Source: Octopus sinensis
Lineage: Eukaryota
NCBI RefSeq assembly: GCF_006345805.1
Contig: NC_043004.1
Location: forward strand, 12,090,001-12,154,000
Reading direction: 5' to 3'
DNA length: 64,000 nucleotides
This document shows positions 1-13,109 of this stretch, one piece after another (position 1 is the first letter of the stretch; every line of letters begins with the position of its first letter). The notes under the pieces were generated by a model. That model did no database searches, was not told the DNA's origin, and saw only the letters and a program-made list of their open reading frames with translations. Made by a program: the position numbers and the translations under genes.

Positions 1-16
1 ATATATACACACATAT

Positions 17-62
<46 letters not shown>

Positions 63-99
63 TATATACACACATATATATATACATATATATATATTA

Positions 100-304
100 G
101 GTGCGGGCATGGCTGTGTGGTTAGGGAGCTTGCTTCCTAACTACATGGTTTCGGGTTCAGTCCCACTGTGTGGCACTTTGGGCAGGTGTCTTCCGCTATA
201 GCCCCGAGCCGGCTGGAGCTCTGTGATTGAATTCTGTAGACGGAAGTTACTGCCGTGTGTGTATGTGTGCGTATAGCTGCTCAGTGCCTCTCCAAAAGAG
301 AGAG

Positions 305-308
<4 letters not shown>
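100..308 (+). mobile_element. tRNA-derived SINE family A, 5' module only (variant subfamily ending in a GA repeat)
   Basis: Head GGGCATGGCTGTGTGGTTAG (A-box-like), GGTTCAGTCCC (B-box-like), then GGCACTTTGGGCAGGTGTCTT; close sister copy at 10214-10420. Confidence 0.85.
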
Positions 309-339
<31 letters not shown>

Positions 340-589
340 AAGTTTCCATCATACAAAGGTGATAATGGATTGATAGTTCAAATACCAGTTATATACTGTG
401 GTTGATTAGACTTTCTTTCAGACAGACACTCCTGATGTTACTCTTTGATGTTATGACTTTGCAACTCATTAATTTGCGTATGTATATACATATGTGTGTG
501 TATATATATATATATATATATACATGGATAGATAGATAGTTAGATAGATAGATAGATAGATAGATAGAGAGGCAAATAGATAGACAGAT

Positions 590-780
590 GGATAGATGTG
601 TGTGTGGTGGGTTTCTTTTAATTTCTGTTTACCAAGCACATTCGAAAGGGTTTGATCAGCCTGGGGGCTTATAGTTGAAGACATGTGTTTAAGGTGGTAC
701 ATAGTGGGAGTGAACCTGAAGCTATGTTGTTGAAAATCAAACTTCTTAACCACAGAACCACACCTATGCCCACTACACCT
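590..780 (-). mobile_element. SINE family A 5' module, diverged
   Basis: Reverse complement aligns by eye to the family A head and body. Confidence 0.65.
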
Positions 781-1337
781 TAATTTGGGAATTGTATTTG
801 TCTGGCAAGCAATGATTATGTCTGAAACTGTGTTCAAACTGAAACAACTAAATCATGAAAAAAACCATCTCGAAGGCTAAAGCCATCTGTAAAACATATA
901 AAAACTGTTAAATTCACTTTTCAACTAATTCTTGATGTGTCAAATATTTCCATCACACTGCTGCTACCTGATTCAATTCCACTGCAGCTGTTTGAAATTT
1001 GGTTGCTAAACTTTGGTGGTGTGAAAAATATTTTTACACTTCAAAATTGATATAATTTTCAATTAATCCTTGTTTATTATATTGTTTGAAGGCTTTCTTA
1101 TTACCTTTCTGTTATGGGAGAATCCTGAACACCCATACGTGACTGAAGATGGACCAAAAGATTACAATGGATAAGAACTGAGTGAATTGTCAGCAGGGGT
1201 AGTTGATGGTGTTAGTTTGACCGTGTGTTGGTTTAACAGTTATAGTCGAACAGTGAATACTGGGTATCATACCTATGTTCAAGTAGTACGGAGTGCATTC
1301 TGTGTTAACATATATTTTCTGTGATAGGTTATTTTTA

Positions 1338-1735
1338 GATTCTTTTATTCTTTTACTTGTTTCAGTCATTTGACTATGGCCATGCTGGAGCACCACCTTT
1401 AGTCGAGAAAATCAACCCCGGGACTTATTCTTTGTAAGCCTAGTACTTATTCTATCAGTCTCTTTTGCCGAACCGCTAAATTACGGGAATGTAAACACAC
1501 CACCATCGGTTGTCAAGCGATAGTGGTGGGGGGACCAACACAGACACATACTCACACACGTGCATGCGCACACATACATACATACATATATACATATATA
1601 CAATGGGCTGCTTTCAGTTTCCGTCTACCAAATCCACTCACAAGGCTTTGGTCGGCCTGAAGCTATAGTACAGTGGGACTGTACCCAGAACCATGTGGTT
1701 GGTAGGCAAGCTACTTACCATACAGCCACTCCTGC
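1338..1735 (-). mobile_element. SINE family A, near full length with an internal deletion
   Basis: 3' module (TTTTACTTGTTTCAGTCATTTGACT...), internal CA/TA microsatellite, 5' module ending CAGCCACTCCTGC. Confidence 0.9.
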
Positions 1736-2065
1736 ACACAACCATTTATTGGTGCAATACCATTTTACACCAGACTTTTATACCCACATCATAACACTCC
1801 CTCTACCTTGATATTATGCTACAACACCTCATTCTCGTAATTCCAATCCAGTCCTACGTAATGTGAGGTAGCAACGTTCCTCTTTGAGGCAAGGCACTGG
1901 TGCTTATCATTCTCTTATACATTATCGTTAATCCTTTATCGTTCAGATTATCCTGTCACATGATTAGCCTGTGTTTATTTATTCACATTTTTTTGAATTA
2001 ATCATGTATTATCTCATAACTTTGAGATTTTGATGATGTAATTGTTTATCTTTACAGTGACCTCT

Positions 2066-2228
2066 TTTACTCTTTTACTTGTTTCAGTCATTTGACTGTG
2101 GCCATGCTGGAGCACCGCCTTTAGTCGAGCAAATCGACCCCAAGACTTGTTCTTTGTAATTCAGCGGCCGTGCTGGAGCACCGCCTTTAGTCAAGCAAAT
2201 TGACCCCCAGGATTTGTTCTTTGTAATT
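2066..2228 (-). mobile_element. SINE family A 3' module with a ~65-bp tandem duplication
   Basis: GGCCRTGCTGGAGCACCGCCTTTAGTC...TTCTTTGTAATTCAG occurs twice in tandem. Confidence 0.85.
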
Positions 2229-2510
2229 CAGTGATTCCCAAAGCTGGTAGTACTGCCCCCCTTGAGGTGCTGTGGAAAGATCCAGAGGGTATTTGAAGAA
2301 AAGTGGGATGATAATGGGGTGATCAAAACGGGTGATAGATGTAAAATAAAACATATTGATCGGTTAATTAGGTTCAAGTTTTATTTGTGAAATACAGTCA
2401 CTTTGAATTTGCTGCAGAAAGTGATCTCTATTTGTGGTGGGAAGGGGGCTCTAGGTATGTGGTCTAGGTGACAAGGAGGCGGCACCCTGAATAAGATATG
2501 GAACTGTTGA
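2229..2510. mobile_element. Possible hAT-type MITE remnant
   Basis: Left end CAGTGATTCCCAAA resembles hAT/Charlie termini; right TIR degenerate and no TSD found. Confidence 0.35.
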
Positions 2511-2524
2511 TCTGATTGATATCA

Positions 2525-2740
2525 TTTACTTATTTCAGTCATTGGATTGCAGCCGTTTCAGGCTGCCACCTTGTAGATTTCTAATTGAAAGATTCAACCA
2601 CACTACTTATATTTGTAGGCCAGTTATTCTATCGGTTTTGCTGAACCTCTTAAGTTACAAGAATATAAACAAACCAACACCTGTTGTCAAGCAGTTGTGG
2701 GGGGGGGGACAAACACAAAAGCATACACACATACATACAG
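2525..2740 (-). mobile_element. SINE family A 3' module, diverged
   Basis: ACTTATTTCAGTCATTGGATTGCAGCC...GTTGTCAAGCAG...ACAAACACA. Confidence 0.7.
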
Positions 2741-2819
2741 ATATATATTTATGTCCAACCCATACCAGTATGCAAAACAAACATTATTAAACGATTATGA
2801 TGATGATGTGTGTGTCTGT

Positions 2820-3258
2820 TATATGTGTGTGGAACTGTCTATACCTGTATGTATATATGTATGTTATGTACATATGTATGTAATGTATGCATGTATATAA
2901 TGTATGTTATGTATGTATGTCTGTATATATGTGTATATTTGTGTATCGTTATATGTGTATATATATGTGTGTGTGTAATATATATATATATGTATATGTA
3001 TATATGTATATATGTATATGTATATATATATGTATATATATGTATATGTATATATATGTATTTATATACAAATGTATATGTATATATATGTATTTATATA
3101 CAAATATATATGTATATATATATGTATTTATATACAAACATATATGTATATATATATGTAGTTATATACAAATATATATGTATATGTAGTTATATACATA
3201 TATATATACATATATATGTATATATATGTAGTTATATACATATATATACATATATATG

Positions 3259-3302
<44 letters not shown>

Positions 3303-3625
3303 ATGTATATGTATATATATGTATTTATATACAATGTATATGTATATATATATGTATTTATATACAATATATATGTATATATATATGTATATGTATATAT
3401 ATATGTATATGTATATATATATGTATATGTATATATATGTAGTTATATACAAATATATATGTATATATGTATATATGTAGTTATATACATATATATACAT
3501 ATATATGTATATATGTAGTTATATACATATATATACATATATATGTATATATGTAGTTATATACATATATATACATATATGTATATATGTATTTATATAT
3601 ATATACACACACACACAAACACACA
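2820..3625. repeat. Compound (TA)n/(TATG)n microsatellite with higher-order units (ATATATGTAGTTATATACAT...)
   Basis: Seen directly; source of the Y/I/M/C-rich ORFs at 2810-3518. Confidence 0.95.
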
Positions 3626-4153
3626 ACATACAAACAGATGAGTGAAGCAATTAAATAATAATCACTGGGAATAAGAAAAACAACACAGAAAACTAATAAA
3701 AAAAACATAACTAAATAAGCACGTTAAAAAAACAACGTAATTAATCAGAAATATTTTTCCTGTCTTAATTAGATTTAACTTTATTGTTTTTCGTTAAATT
3801 ACAAATAATTACCAATTATCGTTTGTCAGTTTATTATTCTCAAGATTGATTCAACAGCAGACAATTGAAAGAAATGGTATTTGGGCTAGAGACTCTTGTC
3901 TCCCCACATTCCTCTTGTCTGTTGATTGTTTGGTGTTTTTTTTTTTTTTTCCAACTAGAAGTAGGTGGTGGTCGTGGTGAGTGTTGTGGTTGTGCTGGAG
4001 GTTGACAGTGGGTGGTGCCAGGGTGTGATTTTACCCTGTGGGTCATAAATGATCCTGCAGACATATGATCAAAGGTAAGATGTGGCAGACTTTGATTCCA
4101 CCCCGCTTACACCTCCACCAACATCTTGCCTTGAAACTGCCTCTAAACCTTAA

Positions 4154-4261
4154 CCTTTAGCACACTGTAAGTGCAGCGTGCCTCTTTATGAGTTTTCTCC
4201 CCACTAGTAACAGGGCAGTAACAGGGGAAACAATTCTGGAGAAAATGCAGTGTGCTAAAGG
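4154..4261. mobile_element. 108-bp piggyBac-like MITE
   Basis: Perfect 14-bp TIR CCTTTAGCACACTG / CAGTGTGCTAAAGG, flanked by TTAA on the left and TTAG on the right. Confidence 0.75.
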
Positions 4262-4534
4262 TTAGCAATTATCGAATAGAGACTTCAGCTTTTTTTTTTT
4301 TTTGAGTGACCGGAAGGCTTTATTTGAGGGAGATTCTGCTACTGGTTTTAGCAGCTTATTCAGCCATATAGAGGCTCTGTTTATGATGATGGTGGTGGTG
4401 GTGATGGTAGTTTTATCTAATGATTGCTTTTGGTATTTGGAACTGGAAGTACATGAAGATGGCAATGAAACCAGCAGTGGATGGCACGGTGTTGTAATTT
4501 TAGCCTAAGATCATTAATGATCGTACAGACATAT

Positions 4535-4689
4535 GATCAAAGAGGTTTTGGGTTCAGTCCCACTACATGGAACCTTGGGCAAATATCTTCTACAGTCCCA
4601 GACGAACCAAAGCCTCATGAATGGATTTAGTAGACAGAAAGAAGCCTGCCATACATGTGTGTGTGTATGTGTATGTGTGTGTAGTTGTT

Positions 4690-4720
<31 letters not shown>

Positions 4721-4770
4721 CTTCTTGGCTTGACCTTGGCATCTCACGATAGTTGTAATACGGTTGTCAC
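4535..4770 (+). mobile_element. SINE family A, degenerate
   Basis: GGGTTCAGTCCCACTAC...CTTGGGCAAATATCTTCTAC...ATGGATTTAGTAGACAG followed by (TG)n. Confidence 0.65.
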
Positions 4771-4934
4771 TGTCATACAAGCACTGTCATTGATTTTTAA
4801 CATTCTAGGATTGGTGCCAAGAAGAGCATGCAACCATAGAAAATCTCCCTCAATAGACTCCAATCTGACCCATGCCTGGATTACAAAGTGGGCATTAAAT
4901 TATGACGACAACAATGATGATGATGATGATGATG

Positions 4935-5115
4935 ATGATGGTCATCAGCATCATCATCATTTAATGTCCGCTTTTTCATACTTGCATGGATTGAATGTAG
5001 TTTGTTGAGACAGATTTTCTACACCTGGATGTTCTTCCTGTCACCAACCATCACCTGTTTCATCAGCTAAAGTAATATTTCCCCATGGCCTGATATGTTT
5101 TTCATGGAAGACCCT
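4935..5115 (-). mobile_element. Family C-related element ending in (GAT)n
   Basis: CATCATCATTTAATGTCCGCTTTTTCATACTTGCATGG...CTGGATGTTCTTCCTGTCACCAACC. Confidence 0.65.
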
Positions 5116-5204
5116 AAGCTAATAGCATCACTTGTATTATGCTAATTCTCATCTACAACCAATACGTGATATCAATAAAAAGGTACACATGCACATATAT
5201 AACA

Positions 5205-5355
5205 GGCTTCATTCAATTTCCATCTACAAAATTCACTCACAACACATTAGTAACCTTGGGCTGTTATAGAAAGCACTTACCCAAGTTGCTGTGCTGTGGG
5301 ACTGAACCCAAAACCACAATGTTTAAAAGCAAGCTTCTTATCCATGCTCCCACAC
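5205..5355 (-). mobile_element. SINE family A 5' module
   Basis: CACTTACCCAAG...GTGGGACTGAACCCAAAACC...GCAAGCTTCTTA. Confidence 0.7.
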
Positions 5356-5429
<74 letters not shown>

Positions 5430-5704
5430 GTCTATCTTATCTTTTTATTGCCCACAAGAGGCTAAACATAGAGGGGACAAACAAGGACAGACAAATGAAT
5501 TAAGTGGATTACATCGACCCCAGTGCGTAACTGGTACTAAATTTATCGACCCCAAAAAGATGAAACGCAAAGTCAACCTTGGCGGAATTTGAACTCAGAA
5601 CGTGAAGACAGACGAAATAATGCTAAGCTCACCTATCTATCTATCTATCTACCTATCTATCTATCTATCTATCTATCCATCCATCCATCCATCCATCCAT
5701 CTAT

Positions 5705-5751
<47 letters not shown>

Positions 5752-5985
5752 ACTATCTTTCTGTCTATTTAACTATCTGTCTATCTAACTATTTATCTGT
5801 CTGTTTATCTGTCTGTCTAACTATTGAACTGTCCATCTATCTGTTTATCTATCTGTCTAGCTATCTATCTATCTCTCTATGTTTGTCATTCTGTCTATCA
5901 TCTGTCTGTCTCTGTCTCTCTGTCTCTTTCTCTCCCTCTCTCTTTATTTATCTATCTCTATCTATCTATCTATCTATCTATTTAT
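5355..5985. repeat. (ATCT)n microsatellite blocks flanking a SINE B copy
   Basis: Seen directly; gives YLSI-repeat ORFs. Confidence 0.9.
5441..5630 (-). mobile_element. tRNA-derived SINE family B
   Basis: TTATTGCCCACAAG...ACATCGACCCCCAGTGCGTAACTGGTAC...GGCGGAATTTGAACTCAGAACG. Confidence 0.85.
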
Positions 5986-7086
5986 CTGCCGATATGTGTG
6001 TGTGTGTGTGTGCGTGTCTATGGTTATAAATGTATATTTCCATATGTGTATTTTTAATTGAGATTAATTTATTGTTTAATGAAATCAGAGTGAATGGACA
6101 GAATTGAAAGAAACGAGAAGGCCAGACATCTTAAAGAAGAATTTAAGCACCAAGTCAATTGTTTCCAACCAACCACAGAGAAAGAAAACAATAATTACTC
6201 TGAACCAAACATAAAACAATATATATTTTAATAGGTTCTTATTTTTATATCACTCATTAACTTACAAATGAAACAATATTTTGTATAATTGCTTCTCATT
6301 CCTCTACCACTCATTAGCTTAAAAGCAACATAAAGAAACAAGAGACATGAAAGAATATTAAGAATTATTTATATCTTTGTTTAGTTCCTATAATCTAAAT
6401 TCTTTGATTAGAAGCCATGAAAAAAAATATACCATCAAGATAATGGTTTCTTACTTAGACAAGGCATTTACATTGATTACATCATCGTTTGCAGACCTAT
6501 GATCAAAGACATTCAAGACGTGACCATTCCATTTTTTTTGCAAACAAGTGTATCTAGGATTACATTATGTAGAGTGCCCTTTCATCAGTTTTTTGAGACA
6601 GTAGTGTGTATGTGATCTAAGGAATATTTGGCTGCTCTGTTTACAATATCAAGCAAAGTGCAGAGACCCTCTCATTGGATAAGCATTGTTTTTATCAGCA
6701 TCTGAAATTGGCATAAAGATTTTTGTACATCTTCATAAATCTCACTCGTATTAGAGCAAGGACAAGGTATATTCTGTTATCAGAGTATTGGACTTGATGA
6801 AGATCTCATTTCCTTATGACAAGTAACCAACTTTCATAATGTTGTTGAATGAGAGGCAGGGGGTCAAAACAAGTTGAAGTCCTAGAAGGACAAAATACCT
6901 TCCTCTTTAAACCTGTGGCATCAAAGTAGAGTGATGTGACATACTGATTACATAGTGCTTTCAATGTTGTATGGTACTCTTGTCTGTCAGGAATTGCAGC
7001 TTACAGGTATCAACTATTTGAAGACTGAATGGAAATGTAATGCCATTGGTTTGATCCAACAACAGATTATCATTTAATATTTATAG

Positions 7087-7195
7087 TACAGGGTAGCCCA
7101 AAAGTCATGGAGGGGTCTAAAAGTTTAATAAATTTCTTTCGATAAAGTTTTAAAAAATTTTTAATTCACAAAATGTGACTCGGCACTCCTAATGT
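7087..7195. mobile_element. Tc1/mariner-like terminal fragment
   Basis: TACAGGGTAGCCCAAAAGT matches the TIR of the element at 62332-63308. Confidence 0.5.
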
Positions 7196-7221
7196 GCATA
7201 TATTTCCTCTGTGTGTGTATG

Positions 7222-7261
<40 letters not shown>

Positions 7262-7484
7262 GACACATATATATACATATACACACACACACACACACAC
7301 ATATAAACTCAGGGATAAAGAAATAAACATCAGAATTGGGCAATTCTGATGCTTATTTCTTAACCACTGAGTTTGTCCTTTTGCATTGGTTTTTTTGCAG
7401 CCCTATATTTTATTTTATTTTTCAGTTCCTATAAGGAGAAACGAAATTTTTAAATAATTTATCTTGTTGCTTATATATATATAT

Positions 7485-7550
<66 letters not shown>

Positions 7551-7562
7551 TATGTATGTATG

Positions 7563-7593
<31 letters not shown>

Positions 7594-8631
7594 GCATGCA
7601 TGCATGTATGTATGTATGTATGTACATATATACATATGTATATGAGTGATATTTGATAGTTGTTTCTAGCATACTTGTGATCACATACTGGCTCCTTTGT
7701 CAGTGCTCGTTGTCAGTTCACAGCTTAGTAAATCAAGCTTGCATTTTCCTTATAGCTGTTACTTGCCAATGGTTCTGTATAAGCAGTAAGTGCATTGACC
7801 ACACTAGTCTCATTGTGTTTCTGATGGCCAAGGACACAGCCTCTTGCTTCAGACCAAATCAATGATTATAAAAAATGAAACAGTTAACTCTATTGTCAAG
7901 AGACACAATGCAATAGTTGTGATGAAATACAAAGCAACAATATATTACAATACCCTAGCCAGATTCTGGAGCAGATTTCTTTAGGGAAGTGACAGAAAGA
8001 ATATAATGTCACTCCACTCTGTTACATGAGGCTGAAGTCCTTACAGTGGGGTTCTATTTCAATATATCTTGTCTATTCTTTGTTAGCATTGCATTTAACA
8101 AATGAAAAAAAAAAAATGTAAAATATAAAAATTTGCTGCGGTGGGGTAAAGTCATCTTAATACATGCACACACACACATGCACATACTCAGCAATGGGTT
8201 AAGACTGCATAAAATGTGTTCAAGTAATTAATCATGACCATTTTAAGTTCTGAGTTCAAATTCTCCTGTGGTAAATTTTGTATTACATTCATCCAGAAGT
8301 TATTGAAATAAGTATGAACCAAGAATTAAGTTTGATTTAATAATTGTCACCCAAGTTGCCTGTTCTCTTTGTGGCCTTGTGCTTATGTTAGACATTGATA
8401 AATCTTAGATACACAGACACAGAGAGAGAGAGAGAGACACGCATGCACGCACACACACACACACAAGCGTGCCTCAAGCAGATTTGAAGACTACAAATCT
8501 AATCCATCACTGGAACTGTAAAAAGCAGTAAAACTTTCCAGGAGTTTATCATTTAAACATATATGAATATGCCTAGACATGCAACTATATGTATGAGAAT
8601 ACATACATAAAGCAAAACATACAAATCTACC

Positions 8632-8691
<60 letters not shown>

Positions 8692-8919
8692 TACAAAAAA
8701 TATATACCCTGTTGATGTTGAAATTCCAATGCTTAGAGCCTTGGATCTAGGTTAGGAACTGGTCTTTCTCTATTGGCAAGTAATCTTGAAATAAAACTGA
8801 ATAATTTCATTCACACACACATATACATACATAGATACATACATACTTACATACACATACATACATACACACATACATGCATGTACGCACATATTCACAT
8901 TTGCAAAGATATACGTACT

Positions 8920-9308
8920 GTGACATGTAAAAAGCACCATTCGAGCGTGATCATTGCCAGTGTTGCCCTACTGGCACTCGTGCCAGTGGCACATGAAAAA
9001 CAACATTTGAGCGTGGTCAATGTCTGTGCCACTAGACTGGCTCCCATGCAGGTAGCACGTAAAAGACACCTTTTGAGCATGGTCATTGCCAGAACTGCCT
9101 GACTGGCCCTCGTGCCACTAGCACATAAAAGCACCCACTATATTCTCAGAGTAGTTGGCTTTAGGAAGGGTATCAAGCTGTAGAAACTTTGCCAGACAGA
9201 TTGGAGCCTGGTGCAGCCTTCTGGCTCGCCAGTCCTCAGTCAAACTGTTCAACCTATGCCAGCATGGAAAGTGGATGTTAAATGACAACGATGATGATGA
9301 TGATGATA
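8920..9308 (+). mobile_element. Family C element (RTE-like 3' tail, (GAT)n end) preceded by a ~65-bp tandem repeat
   Basis: Tail GCACCCACTA...TTAGGAAGGGTATC...CCATGCCAGCATGGAAAG...GATGATGAT; GCACRTAAAA motif recurs near 8926, 8991, 9056 and 9121. Confidence 0.8.
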
Positions 9309-9750
9309 AACACAAAGAAACCACAGTTCATATACATTGACAAAGTGACAAGTTATCCAATACACTGGCAATATTAAAGATATGATTAGAGGAAAGTGAA
9401 TTGAGTAAAGTAACTGAATACTTAAAGGTTGGCCCCACAGTTGCCTGCTATGTTTGTTTGCAGAGGGTGAGGGTAGGTAGAGGCTACTCCAGTGACAAGA
9501 TAATTGGAGGGAAATTTTGGGTCGTGTTGATGGCTTACAAAAAGGTTATGGAAACATTTCTGGAGTCCTCTGTACATTTATTAGTGTGTGTATGTGTTTG
9601 TATGTATGTGTGGATGCGAGTGTATTTATGTATGCGCACATGCATGCATACACATTGACATACTCATGTACATTCTCACTCAAATATGTACGAATACACA
9701 CACACACACATAGACACATACACCCATGTACATATATATATATATATATA

Positions 9751-10142
9751 GGCGCAGGAGTGGCTGTGTGGTAAGTAGCTTGTTTACCAACCACATGGTT
9801 TCGGGTTCAGTCCCACTGTGTGGCAACTTGGGCAAGCGTCTTCTACTATAGCCTTGGGACGACCAAAGCCTTGTGAGTGGATTTGGTAGACGGAAACTGC
9901 AAGAAGCCCATCATATGTATATATATGCGTGTGTGTGTTTGTGTGTCTGTGTTTGTCCTCCAAGCATTGCTTGACAACTGATGCTGGTGTGTTTATGTCC
10001 CCGTTACTTAGCGGTTCGGCTTAAGAGACCGATAGAATAAGTACTGGGCTTACAAAAGAATAAGTCCCGGGGTCGAGTTGCTCAATTAAAGGCGGTGCTC
10101 CAGCACGGCTGCAGTCAAATGACTGAAACAAGTAAAAGAAAA
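9751..10142 (+). mobile_element. SINE family A, full length
   Basis: GGCGCAGGAGTGGCTGTGTGGTAAG head, internal TA/TG tract, 3' end TGACTGAAACAAGTAAAAG. Confidence 0.95.
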
Positions 10143-10213
10143 GAAAAAGAAAAAAATATATACTCACACATACATATATACACACACATATACCTATATA
10201 TATATATATATAT

Positions 10214-10420
10214 CGGGCATGGCTGTGTGGTTAGGGAGCTTGCTTCCTAGCTGCATGGTTTCGGGTTCAGTCCTACTGCTTGGCACTTTGGGTAGGTGTT
10301 TCCACTATAGCCCCGAGCTGACCGGAGCTTTGTGATTGAATTCGGTAGGTGGAAGCTACTGCCGTGTGTGTATATGTGCGTGTAGGTGCTTGTGCCTCTC
10401 CGAAAGAGAGAGAGAGGGGA
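10214..10420 (+). mobile_element. SINE family A variant 5' module
   Basis: Closely matches 100-308. Confidence 0.85.
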
Positions 10421-11793
10421 TATATATATATATATACACAAACGCATGTACATATATACATATATACATACATGCACAATATACCCTTGCGTATATAGGT
10501 AAATACTCTTCTCATATACAGACACATAAATCTGGAGTCCTGATGCAGTGGAAACTTCAAATTTCAGATAAATACAACTTCCAGTGCAAATAAATTCTCT
10601 GCCATTTCCTCATTGAATATTCTACACCGCAGTCATGTACTTTACATAGAGCATGTCTGTGTTTATATTTTTGCGTGTGTGTGTATATGTAAATATGTGT
10701 ATGTGTGTGTATATATATATACTTTTCTACTCTAGGCACAAGGCCTGAAATTTTGAGAGGAGAGGCCAGTCGATTAGATCGACCCCAGTCAAACTGTCCA
10801 ACCCATGCCGGCTTGGAAACATTAAACAGTGATGAAGATAATGAATTTGGATGTAATAATTCTTTTTCCATGGGCGTCATCATTTTATCCTTGCTTTCCC
10901 TGCTGGCATAGTTTGGAGAGAAATGACCAGAAAAATGTTGTACTAGTTTACAACATGAAATTTTCTGGTTATTAAGAGAAGCCTAGATTTGAACTGTAGC
11001 TTTAACAAAGTTTTTAATATCTATGCTATTGTCTTTGCTTATTTCATTCATCTTTATACTTTTGAGTTCAAATTCTGTCACAGTCAACCTTGCCTTTCAT
11101 GGTAAGCCTTGAGCCTTTTGGGAGGGCAATAGAATATACACGTACATTATACAAAATCACTCTTGCACACACATTTGCATGTGCATGTGTGTGTGTGTGT
11201 GTGTCTATGATACATTAAAAGTCAGCTTCAATCTTGCTTGCTTGCTTGTAATGTTACTCAGCAGACTGGCTCATAATAGGAAAATACTATGAATTAAGTT
11301 TACCCTGAAATGTTAATACAAATCGAATGAAACAAGTAGTTTTCAAGACATTAGAGATTTTTAGAGAATAAATACCCAAAATGGTGCATAATGGGAAAAT
11401 GTTCCAAAAATAAACTTCAACCTGAAAGAGAAGAAACTTTTATCTTTCTATTAGTGCATTGACAATGAAAAAAAGAAAACGATTTTTTTTTTACAATTTC
11501 TATTGTTGCTTTTGTTAAACACAATATTTTAATCATTTAGAAATGTGATTTCAAAAAATGTAAGTTGTTTATAAAGCAAGTATGTATATTTTAGCTTTCT
11601 TTAAACACAATATTTTTATGTTTTTTAAAATTATTTTCAAGTAAATACCATTACATTTTTTTTTGGCATATTTGAAAAATATTTTAAAGTGAAAATGACT
11701 TAAAAAATACTATAGATATTTCATAAAAAAATACCTTCGTAACCTTGGTTGGAAATAGTTTGTTTTTTTTACTGCATTCTACGTATCTCCCCT

Positions 11794-11915
11794 CCAAAGA
11801 TTTGGCTGCTATTTTTAGCATGCCCTGTAACCACGCAACAGCTATTTGCAATAAAGGACCCGAAACACCCATTATATGGTAGCAGGGTGTGCAAGACATA
11901 GCAGCCAAATCTTTC
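11794..11915. repeat. Imperfect inverted repeat (~37-bp arms)
   Basis: AAAGATTTGGCTGCTATTTTTAGCATGCCCTG versus CAGGGTGTGCAAGACATAGCAGCCAAATCTTT. Confidence 0.75.
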
Positions 11916-11994
11916 CAACCCACAAAACAAAACTCTGTTGCTGGGAAACTCCTGGTCACCCAGCGGGTCATGGGTTGATTAGTTTATATATATA

Positions 11995-12151
11995 GTGGTT
12001 GGTGTCAGGAAGGACATCAAACTCCTAGAATCCATATCAAACCAGACTGGAACCTGGTGCAGCTCTCTGGCTTACCAATTCCAGTCAAACCATCTAACCC
12101 ATGCCAGCATGGAAAGCAGACACTAAATGATCACGATGATGATGATGATTA

Positions 12152-12152
<1 letters not shown>
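11995..12152 (+). mobile_element. Family C tail
   Basis: GGTTGGTGTCAGGAAGGACATC...CCATGCCAGCATGGAAAGCAGACACTAAATGAT. Confidence 0.8.
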
Positions 12153-12192
<40 letters not shown>

Positions 12193-12317
12193 TATATAAA
12201 TATATGCAGTGAGAGAGAGAGATGACAGCACACACACACTTGCGCTTACAGACATTAACACATAGAGGTATTGAGGCTAAGGTACACCTACATATACATA
12301 TATATATATATATATAT

Positions 12318-12685
12318 AGGAGTGGCTGTGTGGTAAGAAGTTTGCTTCCCAACCACATGGTTCTGTGTTCAGTCCAACTGTGTGGCACCTTGGGCAAGTG
12401 TCCTCTACTATAGCATCAGGCCGACCAAAACCTTATGAGTGAGTTTGGTAGATGGAAACTGAAAGAAGCCCATTATACATATGTATGTATGTATTTGTTA
12501 TTTGTGTTAGTGTTTGTCACTTCACCGTCGCTTGACAACCAATGTTGGTGTGCTTACGTCCCCATCACTTAGTGGTTCAGCCGAAGGCGCGGATAGAATA
12601 AGTAATATGGTCGATTTGTTTGACTAAAAGCGTTGCTCCAGCATGGCTGCAGTCAAATGACAGAAACAAGTAAAAGAGTAAATAA
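12318..12685 (+). mobile_element. SINE family A, full length
   Basis: AGGAGTGGCTGTGTGGTAAG head through GAAACAAGTAAAAGAG. Confidence 0.9.
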
Positions 12686-12691
12686 AAAAAA

Positions 12692-12729
<38 letters not shown>

Positions 12730-12733
<4 letters not shown>

Positions 12734-13092
12734 GCACTCTTTCAGTTCTGACGACATGGGTTCCAGTTGATCCGATCAATGGAACAGCCTGCTCGTGAAA
12801 TTAACGTGCAAGTGGCTGAGCACTCCACAGACGTGTGTACACTTATCGTAATTCTCGGTGTGTGACAAGGCTGGCCCTTTGAAATACAGGCACAACAGAA
12901 ACAGGAAGAAAGAGTGAGAGAAAGTTGTGGTGAAAGAGTACAGCAGGGTTTGCCACCACACCCTGCCAGAGCCTCGTGGAGCTTTAGGTATTTTCACTCA
13001 ATAGACACTCATAACGCCCGGTCTGGGAATCAAAACTGCGATCCTATTAATACAAGTCCGCTGCCCTAACCATTGGGCAATTGTGCCTCCAC
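12730..13092 (-). mobile_element. tRNA-derived SINE family D, full length
   Basis: Minus strand GTGGAGGCACAATTGCCCAATGGTTAGGGCAGCGGAC...TTTGATTCCCAGACCGGGCG (A/B boxes), body to ...GAGTGCCAAC. Confidence 0.85.
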
Positions 13093-13109
13093 GCACACAC
13101 ACACATACT

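Noticed and set aside
2810-3518. Overlapping 60-210-aa Y/I/M/C-rich ORFs
   Set aside because: Translations of a (TA)/(TATG) microsatellite, open on both strands.
11376-11421. Strong minus-strand acceptor (cactaat...tttcttctctttcag) giving LKFIFGTFSHYAPFW or VEVYFWNIFPLCTIL
   Set aside because: Peptide not recognised, donor ambiguous, and no convincing minus-strand exon chain; worth a look only if RNA-seq shows minus-strand splicing.
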